Below, piece after piece: positions 8,604-17,870 of a stretch of DNA of 64,000 nt. This DNA comes from Candidatus Magasanikbacteria bacterium RIFCSPHIGHO2_01_FULL_33_34. GTDB taxonomy: Bacteria > Patescibacteriota > Patescibacteriia > Magasanikbacterales > UBA922. The first letter of the stretch is position 1, and every line of letters begins with the position of its first letter. The stretch lies in contig MFPS01000008.1 in assembly GCA_001782825.1 (NCBI GenBank), positions 9,012 to 73,011 on the forward strand. Direction: 5' to 3'. Both the position numbers and the translations under genes were made by a program. The notes beneath the pieces are model-generated. The model did not search any database, was not told the DNA's origin, and saw nothing but the letters and a program-made list of their open reading frames with translations.

Positions 8604-11600
8604 ATGCAGGAATATAATCCAAATAAAATAGAATCAAAATGGCAAAAAGAATGGGAAAAAAACGGCCTTTATAAAACGCCAGAAGATGTTATTATAGAAA
8701 ATAAAATGTATATATTGCCACAATTGCCATATCCATCAGGATCTGGTTTGCATGTGGGTCATGCAGAAGTATATTCGGCATGTGATATATATGCGCGATA
8801 TCAGAGAATGCAAAAAAAGAAAGTTTTGCAAGTAATAGGCTGGGATAGTTTTGGATTGCCAGCAGAAAATTATGCAATAAAAAATAATGTGCACCCAAAA
8901 ATAAGTACAGACAAAGCCATTGATAATTTTAGGAGTCAAATTAAGTCATTGGGTATTTCTGTAGATTGGGATCGTGAAGTTGGGGCGCATAATCCTGATT
9001 ATTACAAATGGACACAGTGGTTTTTTTTGCTTATGTATAGACGTGGTCTTGCTTATCGTAAAAAACAAAGTGTCAATTGGTGCGATAGTTGTAAGACTGT
9101 GTTAGCAAATGAACAAGTGGTTGAAGGTCATTGTGAGCGTTGTGATACAGAAGTAGTCCAAAGAAAAATGGATCAATGGTTTTTGAAAATTACTGATTAT
9201 GCAGATCGGTTAGCAAAAGATTTGGATAAAGTAGATTGGCCAGCAGAAACAAAACGAAGACAAAGGCAATGGATAGGTCGGAGTGATGGGGCTGAGGTTG
9301 ATTTTAAAATCAAAGATTTTGATTATAAGATTTCAGTATTTACTACTCGTCCAGATACGCTTTTTGGGGCGACATATTTGGTATTGGCTCCAGAAGGTTT
9401 GATCGTGCAAGAATTAAGAGGGCAAGTAGAAAATTGGTTAGAGGTTGAAAAATATATTGATGAAACAAAAAAGAAAACAGAACTTAATCGTCAAACACAA
9501 AAAGAAAAAACTGGGGTAGAATTGAAGGGTATTAAAGCGATTAATCCGGTTAATGGAAAAGAGATGCCTATTTGGATTGCTGATTATGTTTTATCAACTT
9601 ATGGTACAGGGTCTATTATGGCAGTGCCGGCGCATGATGAGAGAGATTGGGAGTTTGCTAAGAAGTTTGGTTTGGAAATAAAAGTTGTCGTAATTCCGGT
9701 GATAGATAGTAGACCAGATGAATTGTTGAATGAAAAAATAAATTTTTATACAAATGAAACGTTACAACACGGCAGTTATTCTAAAGAAGGCTTATCAGTA
9801 AATTCCAATTTTTTAGATGGTTTAAAAAGTGAAGAAGCCAAAGAAAAAATGATAGCTTGGCTTGAAGAATATAATGTTGGCAAAAGAAAAGTCCAATTTA
9901 AACTTCGGGATTGGTCAGTGTCTCGCCAAAGGTTTTGGGGAGCTCCAATTCCAATGGTATTTAATGAAACAAGAAAAAACAAAAAATATGAATATATTTT
10001 TATTCATGGGTATGGTGGGGACAGTGAGTCAAATTATTTTCCAAAATTAAAAAAAGATTTAGAAGCAATTGGCCATACAGTGATTGCTTTTGATTTGCCA
10101 AATACGGAAAAGCCAAATATTTGTGAACAAATGCAGTTTTTGCTTGAAAATATTAGTATAAGTGAAAATACTGTTATTTTGGCACATAGTCTTGGTGGGG
10201 CTGTAGCCATGAAGATGTTAGAACATGAAAACAAAAAAGTTGCTAAAGTGATTTTTTCTGATTGTTTTTTTGAGCCAAAGTTTGCCGATGTTGCACGACC
10301 AGTTGTTGAGAGTAGCTGTGATTGGAATTTTGATTTTGAAAAATTAAAGACATTGTCAGAGGAGTTTGTAGTTGTTTTTGATTCTAATTGTCCGGTAATT
10401 CCTCGTGAACATAGTGAAAAGTTTGCCAAAAATTTGGATGCAAGAATAGTATTTGCGCGGGCTAATGGACCTCATTTTATGAGTATTCACGAACCAATAA
10501 TTTTAGAAGAGTCATTGGTCAATGGTTTAAAACCAGTTAAATTTGATGATTTGCCGGTGAAATTGCCTGATGATGTAGATTTCAAACCTACTGGACAATC
10601 TCCTTTGACATATTCAAAAGATTTTCAAAAAGGTATTGAAGATAAATATGGTTTGGGTTGGGAGAGAGAAGTGGATACACTGGATACGTTTATGTGTTCT
10701 AGTTGGTTTTATTATCGTTATCTTGATCCAAAAAATGATGATGAGTTCGCCTCAAGTATTGCCTTAAAAAAATGGATGCCAGTAGATTTTTATCTGGGTG
10801 GTGAGGAACATGTTAATGGACACTTATTGTATTCAAGGTTTTTCACCAAAGTTTTATTTGATGCTGGATATATTGATTTTGATGAACCATTTATGATGCA
10901 TAGGCATCAAGGTATGATTTTAGGTGAAGATAGCAAAAAAATGAGCAAACGTTGGTCAAATGTTATAAATCCATCTGATGTTGTAGATGAATTTGGAGCA
11001 GATACTTTTAGAGTATATGAGATGTTTATGGGTCCACTCGAACAAACTAAACCATGGAATACTGATGGTGTTCGTGGGGCGCGTAGATTTCTAGATAGAG
11101 TGTGGAATTTATACAAAAAAGTAAATTCTACAGAAAATTTAGAAGTTGAATACGATTCAATTCTTCACAAGACTATAAAAAAAGTTGGTGATGATTTGGC
11201 TACTTTTAGATTCAATACGGCCATTGCAAAGATGATGGAATTGACAAATGAATTTGTAAAAAGTGATAAAATTAGGCATACAGATTTTGAATTATTTTTA
11301 AAGATATTATCTCCATTTGCTCCACATATGACAGAAGAATTGTGGTCTGATATGGGTAATAAAAAATCAATATCATTAGAAGTTTGGCCTCAATATGATG
11401 AGAATAAAGTTATGGATAGCAAAATTATAGTGGTGGCGCAAGTAAATGGTAAAGTACGGGCAAGTTTTGAAGTGGATGTTGATATTTCAGAGAGTGATAT
11501 TAAAAAGATAGTGTTAGAAGATGCTGTTGTCAAAAAATGGTTAGCTGGCAAAGAGCCAAAGAAAGTAATTTATGTTAAGGGAAAGTTAGTATCAGTTGTA

Positions 11601-11606
11601 GTTTAG
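8604..11606 (+). CDS. leuS: leucyl-tRNA synthetase with inserted alpha/beta serine-hydrolase domain
   Basis: HIGH (HVGH), KMSKR, CP1 editing domain (TTRPDT, AVPAHDERDWEFA), WGAPIPMV and LPVKLPDDV motifs; ~190-codon in-frame insertion (9964-10545) with FIHGYGG / AHSLGG / FDSNCPVIP / NGPHF hydrolase motifs; 1000 aa versus ~800-860 typical. Confidence 0.95.
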   Translation: MQEYNPNKIESKWQKEWEKNGLYKTPEDVIIENKMYILPQLPYPSGSGLHVGHAEVYSACDIYARYQRMQKKKVLQVIGWDSFGLPAENYAIKNNVHPKISTDKAIDNFRSQIKSLGISVDWDREVGAHNPDYYKWTQWFFLLMYRRGLAYRKKQSVNWCDSCKTVLANEQVVEGHCERCDTEVVQRKMDQWFLKITDYADRLAKDLDKVDWPAETKRRQRQWIGRSDGAEVDFKIKDFDYKISVFTTRPDTLFGATYLVLAPEGLIVQELRGQVENWLEVEKYIDETKKKTELNRQTQKEKTGVELKGIKAINPVNGKEMPIWIADYVLSTYGTGSIMAVPAHDERDWEFAKKFGLEIKVVVIPVIDSRPDELLNEKINFYTNETLQHGSYSKEGLSVNSNFLDGLKSEEAKEKMIAWLEEYNVGKRKVQFKLRDWSVSRQRFWGAPIPMVFNETRKNKKYEYIFIHGYGGDSESNYFPKLKKDLEAIGHTVIAFDLPNTEKPNICEQMQFLLENISISENTVILAHSLGGAVAMKMLEHENKKVAKVIFSDCFFEPKFADVARPVVESSCDWNFDFEKLKTLSEEFVVVFDSNCPVIPREHSEKFAKNLDARIVFARANGPHFMSIHEPIILEESLVNGLKPVKFDDLPVKLPDDVDFKPTGQSPLTYSKDFQKGIEDKYGLGWEREVDTLDTFMCSSWFYYRYLDPKNDDEFASSIALKKWMPVDFYLGGEEHVNGHLLYSRFFTKVLFDAGYIDFDEPFMMHRHQGMILGEDSKKMSKRWSNVINPSDVVDEFGADTFRVYEMFMGPLEQTKPWNTDGVRGARRFLDRVWNLYKKVNSTENLEVEYDSILHKTIKKVGDDLATFRFNTAIAKMMELTNEFVKSDKIRHTDFELFLKILSPFAPHMTEELWSDMGNKKSISLEVWPQYDENKVMDSKIIVVAQVNGKVRASFEVDVDISESDIKKIVLEDAVVKKWLAGKEPKKVIYVKGKLVSVVV

Positions 11607-11608
11607 TT

Positions 11609-13060
11609 ATGAATTACAATATAATAAATTCCAAAAGCAAAACGTTTATAGCGTTTTGTTTTTCTTTTCTTATTGGTGTTGTAATAGCCTCAATATTTAA
11701 ATTTAATTTTGATTATGTAGTCTGGGGTTTTGTGTTTGTAATTTTGATTGGATTATTAGTTGCATTTAGAAAAAGTAAAAGTAAAGTATTTATTTTTGTA
11801 AATGTACTATTGATTATACTAGGAATTTGTAGATATAATTTTGCCTTGCCAAATGATAATGAAAAATATATTAGCCATTATAATGGCAATAAGTTTAAAT
11901 TTGTTGGTTATATTAGCACTGAGCCAGATGTACGAATTGTTGATATTCGTTATGTAGTTCAAAGTGATGATTTAAAAGGCAAAGTCTATTTTAAAAGTAC
12001 TTTATATCCAAGATATGATTATGGAGATAGAGTTGAGATTGAATGTGATTTGGTAACACCAGAGGCATTTGATGATTTTAGGTATGATATGTATTTGGCA
12101 AATATGGGTGTATTTTCATTGTGTGTGAATCCTTATGTATCCAGGTTAGATGGATATGGTGGTAGTATATTTTTTCGTGAAATAATGAAGTATAAAAATA
12201 TTTTTGCTGGGCAAATAAATAAGTTATGGCATGAGCCATATGCTAGTTTTATGGCTGGACTTTTGTATGGTTATCGTGGTGGTTTGGGAGATTTGCAGGA
12301 ACATTTTAATAGGACTGGTATTACTCATATCGTGGCAATTTCTGGATATAATATTTCAATTATTTCAATAATGTTGATTACAATATTTGTTCGATTATGG
12401 ATTCCAAGAAAAAAAGCATTTTGGATTATTATTTTTTGTATTTTTTTGTTTGTAATATTTGCTGGGGCAAGCGGGTCTGTTGTCCGAGCTGGGATTATGG
12501 GGTCAATAGTTCTTTTGTCCAAGTATTTGGGTAGGAAAAATAGAATGGCGAATACTATTATTTTTACAGCCGTATTGATGACAATTTATAATCCATTTGT
12601 ATTGGTATGGGATATTGGATTTCAATTGTCATTTTTGGCTACAATTGGGTTGGTTTATTTGTTGCCAATTTTAGAAGATAAATTTAAAAAATTTCCTAAT
12701 TTGTTTTCAATAAAGACATTATTTTTATCTACTATTTCGGCTATTATACTGACATTTCCATTGACATTGTATCAGTTTGGTAGATTTTCAATCGTAGCTC
12801 CAGTCGTTAATATATTGGTTTTGTGGTTGATTCCATTTATAATGTTATTTGGTTTTATTAGTGTTTTATTGAGTTTTCTTTTTTATCCAATTGGGCAAAT
12901 GTTCGCTTGGCTTACTTTTTTAGGTTTGAAATATATAACATTTATTACAGTTTGGTTTTCTACTTTTGAATATTCTTCTGTTGAATTTCAAGTACCATTA
13001 TTTTTTATCTTTGTTATTTATTTTGTAATCTTTTTTATTATTTATAAATTAAAAAAATGA
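11609..13060 (+). CDS. comEC: ComEC/Rec2 DNA-internalisation protein, N-terminal membrane (competence) domain only
   Basis: 483-aa polytopic protein with ComEC competence-domain architecture (N-terminal DUF4131-like region, TGITHIVAISGYNISII block); the MBL domain is encoded separately downstream. Confidence 0.75.
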   Translation: MNYNIINSKSKTFIAFCFSFLIGVVIASIFKFNFDYVVWGFVFVILIGLLVAFRKSKSKVFIFVNVLLIILGICRYNFALPNDNEKYISHYNGNKFKFVGYISTEPDVRIVDIRYVVQSDDLKGKVYFKSTLYPRYDYGDRVEIECDLVTPEAFDDFRYDMYLANMGVFSLCVNPYVSRLDGYGGSIFFREIMKYKNIFAGQINKLWHEPYASFMAGLLYGYRGGLGDLQEHFNRTGITHIVAISGYNISIISIMLITIFVRLWIPRKKAFWIIIFCIFLFVIFAGASGSVVRAGIMGSIVLLSKYLGRKNRMANTIIFTAVLMTIYNPFVLVWDIGFQLSFLATIGLVYLLPILEDKFKKFPNLFSIKTLFLSTISAIILTFPLTLYQFGRFSIVAPVVNILVLWLIPFIMLFGFISVLLSFLFYPIGQMFAWLTFLGLKYITFITVWFSTFEYSSVEFQVPLFFIFVIYFVIFFIIYKLKK

Positions 13061-13088
13061 TGATTGACTAATCATTATTTTTTTGATA
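13058..13088 (+). terminator. terminator after comEC N-terminal gene
   Basis: ATGATTgactAATCAT hairpin followed by T-rich tract. Confidence 0.45.
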
Positions 13089-13120
13089 TTTTAATATGAA
13101 CTATTTATTAGGAGGTTATT

Positions 13121-13654
13121 TTGTCCAGACAACGCATATTTAGGCATAATCAATTGTCTTTGGGGTTAACAGATCATAATGTTAAGGTAGGTGTACGAGA
13201 TAATTCAGGAGAAACTATTGTTATAAGTAATCCAACATTACTTTCAGAAGTTTGTCAAAATTATACTCAAATGCCATTTAGGCTTGGTTATAAATATCCC
13301 ATAGATGAGATACTAGATTGTTGGCTAGAAATTTTTGATGCTAGTAGTAATAGCATTGGTCGGATTTATAGGAATGGTATCTTCTATTTTATGGAGATAG
13401 ATACACTCAAAGAAGCTTTGGGGTGGCTTATTTTGACTAGTCTTGGTAGAGAAGTAGAGGTGGATACACTATATAATTTAAACAATGTGATTAGAGTACT
13501 TCGATCTAAAATCAATAATGGTAATTATTTAACAGATGAATACTTACTCAGTATATTAAATTATAGTTGTAGATATAAAGTTGATCTATCTGTTGCTCGT
13601 GATCTGTTTATTATGGTTAATAATAAAGAGAATGATAAAATTTGTGATAAGTAG
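13121..13654 (+). CDS. hypothetical protein (TTG start) inserted between the two ComEC gene halves
   Basis: 177-aa ORF; strong SD AGGAGG 5 nt upstream of TTG; own downstream terminator; no recognisable motif. Confidence 0.55.
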   Translation: MSRQRIFRHNQLSLGLTDHNVKVGVRDNSGETIVISNPTLLSEVCQNYTQMPFRLGYKYPIDEILDCWLEIFDASSNSIGRIYRNGIFYFMEIDTLKEALGWLILTSLGREVEVDTLYNLNNVIRVLRSKINNGNYLTDEYLLSILNYSCRYKVDLSVARDLFIMVNNKENDKICDK

Positions 13655-13658
13655 TTTT

Positions 13659-13700
13659 GGTCGCCATATGTTAAATATTCATATGGTCGACCTTTTTAAT
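13659..13700 (+). terminator. rho-independent terminator
   Basis: GGTCGCCATATG-9nt-CATATGGTCGACC (12-bp stem, one bulge) followed by TTTTTAATTTT. Confidence 0.6.
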
Positions 13701-13769
13701 TTTGACAACTATGGTTTATTGTACAAGTATTTTGGAGTATAATGTGTATAATATCTTTAATAAATATTC

Positions 13770-14678
13770 ATGAAAAAAACATTTTTTATAGTTTTGGCAT
13801 TTTTAGTAGTAGTTATTGTAATGTTGATTTATATAAAAATTGATAAAAAAACTATTATTAAGAGTGTGGAAAATACTAGTATTTCTCCACAGGATAAAAA
13901 TGAATTTAAAAGTTATTTGAAAGTAAGCTTTTTGGATGTTGGGCAGGGTGATGCGAGTATGATTGAGTGGCCTAGTGGCAAGCAAATGCTGGTGGATTGT
14001 GGCAGGGATGCGAGTGTTTTGTCTGGTCTGGGAGATTTTATGCCTTTTTATGATAAATATATAGATTATTTATTGATCACTCATCCAGATTATGATCATT
14101 TTGGTGGATGTATTGATGTTTTGAAGAGATTTGATATCGGAGAGATTGTATATAATGGTTTAGTTGCGGATAATAAGGCTTGGGATTATTTTTGGGATTT
14201 GGCGATTTCTGAAGGTGCAACTATAACTCGCATTAGTAAATTGGATACATGGAAGATTGAAAATTCAGAGTTGAAATTTTTGTACCCAGATTCAGATATT
14301 TCTATTAAGGGTATAAATAATAATGATAGTTCAATTGTGTTTCTTTTATCATTTGGAGAAATGGATATTTTGTTTACAGGGGATGCAGAAGAAGGGTTGG
14401 AAGAATATTTGGTAACTACATATGATAATATTCTTGATTCAGAAATATTAAAAGTTGGACATCATGGTAGCGGGACATCATCAATTACAAAGTTTATTGA
14501 TGCTGTTAAACCAAAATATTCTGTGATTTCTGTTGGTGAAGATAATAATTATGGACATCCTTCATTGAGAGTATTAAAACGATTAGAAAGGGTTCAAAGT
14601 GAAGTTTTTAGGACTGATTTATTGGGTAATATTAGCTTTAATATTTATGAAAATCGTATTGAAAGAGTGTTTGAATGA
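13770..14678 (+). CDS. ComEC-type metallo-beta-lactamase domain protein (C-terminal half of ComEC)
   Basis: N-terminal TM anchor; SFLDVGQGDASMIEWPSGKQMLVDCG, HPDYDHFGG, TGDAE, KVGHHGS motifs typical of the ComEC MBL nuclease domain. Confidence 0.8.
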   Translation: MKKTFFIVLAFLVVVIVMLIYIKIDKKTIIKSVENTSISPQDKNEFKSYLKVSFLDVGQGDASMIEWPSGKQMLVDCGRDASVLSGLGDFMPFYDKYIDYLLITHPDYDHFGGCIDVLKRFDIGEIVYNGLVADNKAWDYFWDLAISEGATITRISKLDTWKIENSELKFLYPDSDISIKGINNNDSSIVFLLSFGEMDILFTGDAEEGLEEYLVTTYDNILDSEILKVGHHGSGTSSITKFIDAVKPKYSVISVGEDNNYGHPSLRVLKRLERVQSEVFRTDLLGNISFNIYENRIERVFE

Positions 14679-14689
14679 AATAATATATA

Positions 14690-15043
14690 GTGTATAATAT
14701 ATTTATGAAAGACCCTTTTATAAAGTTTATTGTTCTGGCAATTGTGCTTATAATAGTATTATTGTCTTTTGTAGTTTTTGGTTCAAGAGTAGACTATATT
14801 ACTAATACGCCAACATCATTATATAAGAAAGTTTCTGGTAATTATGACAAAAATGAACAGAAGAAAATTATTAATAGTATAGTAGGAGATAGTGAAATTA
14901 ACGATTTGACTGAAATGCAAAAGTGTTTAATTTCGCTTTTAGGCTCAGAAACAATTTTAAAAATTCAAAATGATATTATGGAGATTACACCAGATGTTAA
15001 TGCTGTTATAGAAGAATGTAATGAGCGTATAGCCAATTTATAA
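14690..15043 (+). CDS. hypothetical small membrane-anchored protein
   Basis: 117-aa ORF, single N-terminal TM helix (alternative ATG at 14705); no known motif. Confidence 0.45.
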   Translation: MYNIFMKDPFIKFIVLAIVLIIVLLSFVVFGSRVDYITNTPTSLYKKVSGNYDKNEQKKIINSIVGDSEINDLTEMQKCLISLLGSETILKIQNDIMEITPDVNAVIEECNERIANL

Positions 15044-15064
15044 TTAAGTTTAATTAAATAAAAT

Positions 15065-15403
15065 ATGACATTAATAATTAGGTGGTTAGTTAATGCGATT
15101 GCTTTATTAGGTATTTCTTATTATCTACCAGGAGTTTTGGTAGAGAGTTATTATACGGCTTTGGTTACAGCATTAATTTTAGGATTGGTAAATGTTGTAA
15201 TTCGTCCAATTATATTATTTTTTACATTACCATTGAATTTTATTACTTTAGGATTGTTTACATTGGTAATAAATGGTTTTCTTTTTTGGTTTGTAAGCAC
15301 TATTGTTGATGGTTTTACAGTGGTTGGTTTTATGACGGCTTTTTGGGGCGCATTGATTATGACAGTGGTTGGTTGGGTTTTGAGTGTATTACTTAAGAAA
15401 TAA
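15065..15403 (+). CDS. phage-holin family IV-like / DUF360 membrane protein (YvlD-like)
   Basis: 112 aa, 4 TM; RWLVNAIALLGISYYLPGV...ALILGLVNVVIRPIILFFTLPLNFITLGLFTLVINGFLFW pattern of DUF360. Confidence 0.6.
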   Translation: MTLIIRWLVNAIALLGISYYLPGVLVESYYTALVTALILGLVNVVIRPIILFFTLPLNFITLGLFTLVINGFLFWFVSTIVDGFTVVGFMTAFWGALIMTVVGWVLSVLLKK

Positions 15404-15417
15404 TTATCTAATAAATT

Positions 15418-16107
15418 ATGTATAAAATACTTTCAGTTGGTGGATCAATTGTTATTCCAAAAACAGGTTTCAATGTTCCTTTTTTGAAAAAGTTTAAAGC
15501 CATGATCTTACGACGGGTTTCCCAAGGAGAAAAATTTATTTTGGTTATTGGTGGTGGTGCGACTGCTAGATTATATCAAGCTGGAGCCCAAAAAACATCA
15601 AAATTATCCAATGATGAATTGGATGAATTGGGGATTTATACTACAGTTTTGAATGCGCAGTTTGTGCGGTATATGTTTAAAGACTTTGCTTATAATGAAG
15701 TTGTAAGTAATCCGACCAAAAAAATTAAGACAGACAAAGCCATAATAATTGCTTCTGGTTGGAAACCGGGTTGTTCTACTGATTATGATGCAGTTTTGTT
15801 AGCCAAAACTTATGGCGCAAAGGAAGTTTTAAATTTATCAAATATTGAGTATGTGTATGATAAAGATCCAGCAAAGTTCAAGAATGCCAAAAAGATTGAG
15901 GAGATTGGCTGGGAGGCATTTAGGCGGGATATAGTAGGGGATAAATGGGTAGCAGGCAATAATGCTCCATTTGATCCAATTGCTAGTCGCGAGGCGCAAA
16001 AGTTGGGTTTGGTGGTATCAATATTGAAAGGCAGTGATTTGGCAGAAGTACAAAAAGCTTTGAGTGGAAAAAAATTCAGAGGTACTGTGGTTGGTAAAAC
16101 TTTGTAA
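15418..16107 (+). CDS. pyrH: amino-acid-kinase family protein, archaeal-type UMP kinase-like
   Basis: 229 aa; SVGGS..., VIGGGATAR glycine-rich kinase motifs; length and architecture match short archaeal-type UMP kinases. Confidence 0.55.
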   Translation: MYKILSVGGSIVIPKTGFNVPFLKKFKAMILRRVSQGEKFILVIGGGATARLYQAGAQKTSKLSNDELDELGIYTTVLNAQFVRYMFKDFAYNEVVSNPTKKIKTDKAIIIASGWKPGCSTDYDAVLLAKTYGAKEVLNLSNIEYVYDKDPAKFKNAKKIEEIGWEAFRRDIVGDKWVAGNNAPFDPIASREAQKLGLVVSILKGSDLAEVQKALSGKKFRGTVVGKTL

Positions 16108-16118
16108 AATATATATTA

Positions 16119-16150
16119 AAAAATATCCAGATTAATCTGGATATTTTTTT
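16119..16150. terminator. bidirectional rho-independent terminator between pyrH-like and tsaE
   Basis: AAAATATCCAGAT-ta-ATCTGGATATTTTTTT perfect hairpin with T/A tracts on both sides. Confidence 0.6.
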
Positions 16151-16574
16151 ATTCTGTAATTATTTTTCTGCGTTCTGAATCTATATATTCAATTGATATT
16201 TTTTTATTATTTTTGCCTGTAAATAGATGACTGACTTTGTCTGGCCATTCAATTATGCACAAAGTATCTGGTTTGTATAAATAATCTGTAATGCCCACAT
16301 CTTCTAAATCATTTTTGTCACGAAGTCTGTATGTATCACAATGAACCACTTTTTTTATTTTTGGGTGGATTGCTTTGTAAACATTCATCAGGGCAAAAGT
16401 TGGACTAGTAGCAATTTCTTTGACGCCTAATTCTTTGACTAATCCTTTCGTTAGGGTAGATTTACCAGAACCGAGTTCACCATATAATAAAATAACATCA
16501 CCACCATTGATACTTTTGGCAATTTGTTTACCAACTTGTTCCATGTCTTCTGATGTGACAGTTTTGTATTCCAT
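16149..16574 (-). CDS. tsaE: tRNA threonylcarbamoyladenosine biosynthesis ATPase TsaE
   Basis: 141 aa; Walker A GELGSGKSTLTKG, TsaE-type SPTFAL motif. Confidence 0.85.
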   Translation of the reverse strand: MEYKTVTSEDMEQVGKQIAKSINGGDVILLYGELGSGKSTLTKGLVKELGVKEIATSPTFALMNVYKAIHPKIKKVVHCDTYRLRDKNDLEDVGITDYLYKPDTLCIIEWPDKVSHLFTGKNNKKISIEYIDSERRKIITE

Positions 16575-16582
16575 ACTATATA

Positions 16583-17851
16583 TTAATTTGGAAGTGGAAA
16601 AGATTTACACATTTCTTTTACGCTTTCTTTGATTTTTGCTAATTCATCGTCATTATCAATATTAATTATAGCAGAATTTATAAAATTAGCAACGGTTTTC
16701 ATTTCTTGTTCTTTCATTCCTCGGGTGGTTAATGCTGGAGTACCGAGCCTAATTCCTGATGGATCAAAAGCTTTGCGTGGATCATGAGGGATGGTATTTT
16801 TGTTTACTGTTATCCCAGCTTTACCGAGGGCTTTTTCAGCTTGGGTTCCGGTGACATTTTTATTAATTAGATTGATTAATAATAGGTGAGTTTTTGTTCC
16901 ACCTGTAACTAGGTTGAATCCTTTTGACAATAATTCTTCTGCCAATGTTTTGGCATTTTTGACAACTTGTTCGGCATATACTTTGAATTCTGGTTGCATT
17001 GCTTCTTTGAGAGCAACTGCAATGGCAGCAGTTTGGTGATTGTGTGGACCGCCTTGAAGTCCAGGTATAATAGCTCTGTCAATTAAAGTTGGTATATCTT
17101 TTTTAGTTCTTTCAACTTTTTTAAGTGGCGTAGAAGGGTTACCATTGGCCATTATTATTGCGCCACGAGGACCGCGTAAAGTTTTGTGAGTGGTCGTAGT
17201 AACAACATCAGCAATACCGACTGGATTTTGATATACTCCACCAGCAACAAGTCCGGCAACATGAGACATGTCAGCTAATATAAAGGCGCCAACTTCATCA
17301 GCAATTTCTTTGTATTTTGCCCATTCATAAATTTGCGGATAAGCAGTTCCTCCAGTAACAATAAGTTTTGGTTTGTGTTCATGAGCTAAGGCGCGCATTT
17401 CATCAATATCTATAAATCCATCTTCACGACAACCATATTGAATACTATTATAAAAAACTCCTGAAAAATTTACTTTGAGACCATGAGTCATATGGCCACC
17501 ATGGAATAAATTCAAACCCATTACTGTATCGCCAGGGTCTACAAGGGCAAAATATACTGCAAAATTGGCTGGACAGCCAGAGTGGGCTTGAACATTGGCC
17601 CAGTCAGCTCCAAAAAGTGCTTTAGCACGGTCACGGGCAAGATTTTCAACTATATCTACATTTTCACAACCGCCATAATATCTCATGCCAGGGTAACCTT
17701 CTGAATATTTGTCAGTCAAACGTGAGCCAAGGGCTTCCAAAACTGCCCCAGAGGTATGATTTTCTGATGGTATCATTTCTAATCCTTCAGATTGGCGTCC
17801 TATTTCTTTTTTGATTAATTCAAATATTTGTGGGTCTTGGTTTTGAAGCAT
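16583..17851 (-). CDS. glyA: serine hydroxymethyltransferase
   Basis: 422 aa; PLP-lysine motif TTTTHKTLRGPRGA and SHMT-wide conservation. Confidence 0.95.
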   Translation of the reverse strand: MLQNQDPQIFELIKKEIGRQSEGLEMIPSENHTSGAVLEALGSRLTDKYSEGYPGMRYYGGCENVDIVENLARDRAKALFGADWANVQAHSGCPANFAVYFALVDPGDTVMGLNLFHGGHMTHGLKVNFSGVFYNSIQYGCREDGFIDIDEMRALAHEHKPKLIVTGGTAYPQIYEWAKYKEIADEVGAFILADMSHVAGLVAGGVYQNPVGIADVVTTTTHKTLRGPRGAIIMANGNPSTPLKKVERTKKDIPTLIDRAIIPGLQGGPHNHQTAAIAVALKEAMQPEFKVYAEQVVKNAKTLAEELLSKGFNLVTGGTKTHLLLINLINKNVTGTQAEKALGKAGITVNKNTIPHDPRKAFDPSGIRLGTPALTTRGMKEQEMKTVANFINSAIINIDNDDELAKIKESVKEMCKSFPLPN

Positions 17852-17870
17852 ATTATTTTATTTGTATAAT

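Noticed and set aside
9964-10545. Intein as explanation for the LeuRS insertion
   Set aside because: No intein splice-junction motifs (N-terminal Cys/Ser, C-terminal HN + Cys/Ser/Thr) or homing endonuclease motifs; instead a complete alpha/beta-hydrolase triad
11609-14678. comEC as a frameshifted pseudogene
   Set aside because: Both halves are complete ORFs with their own start sites and terminators and are separated by a full 177-aa ORF, not by a single frameshift
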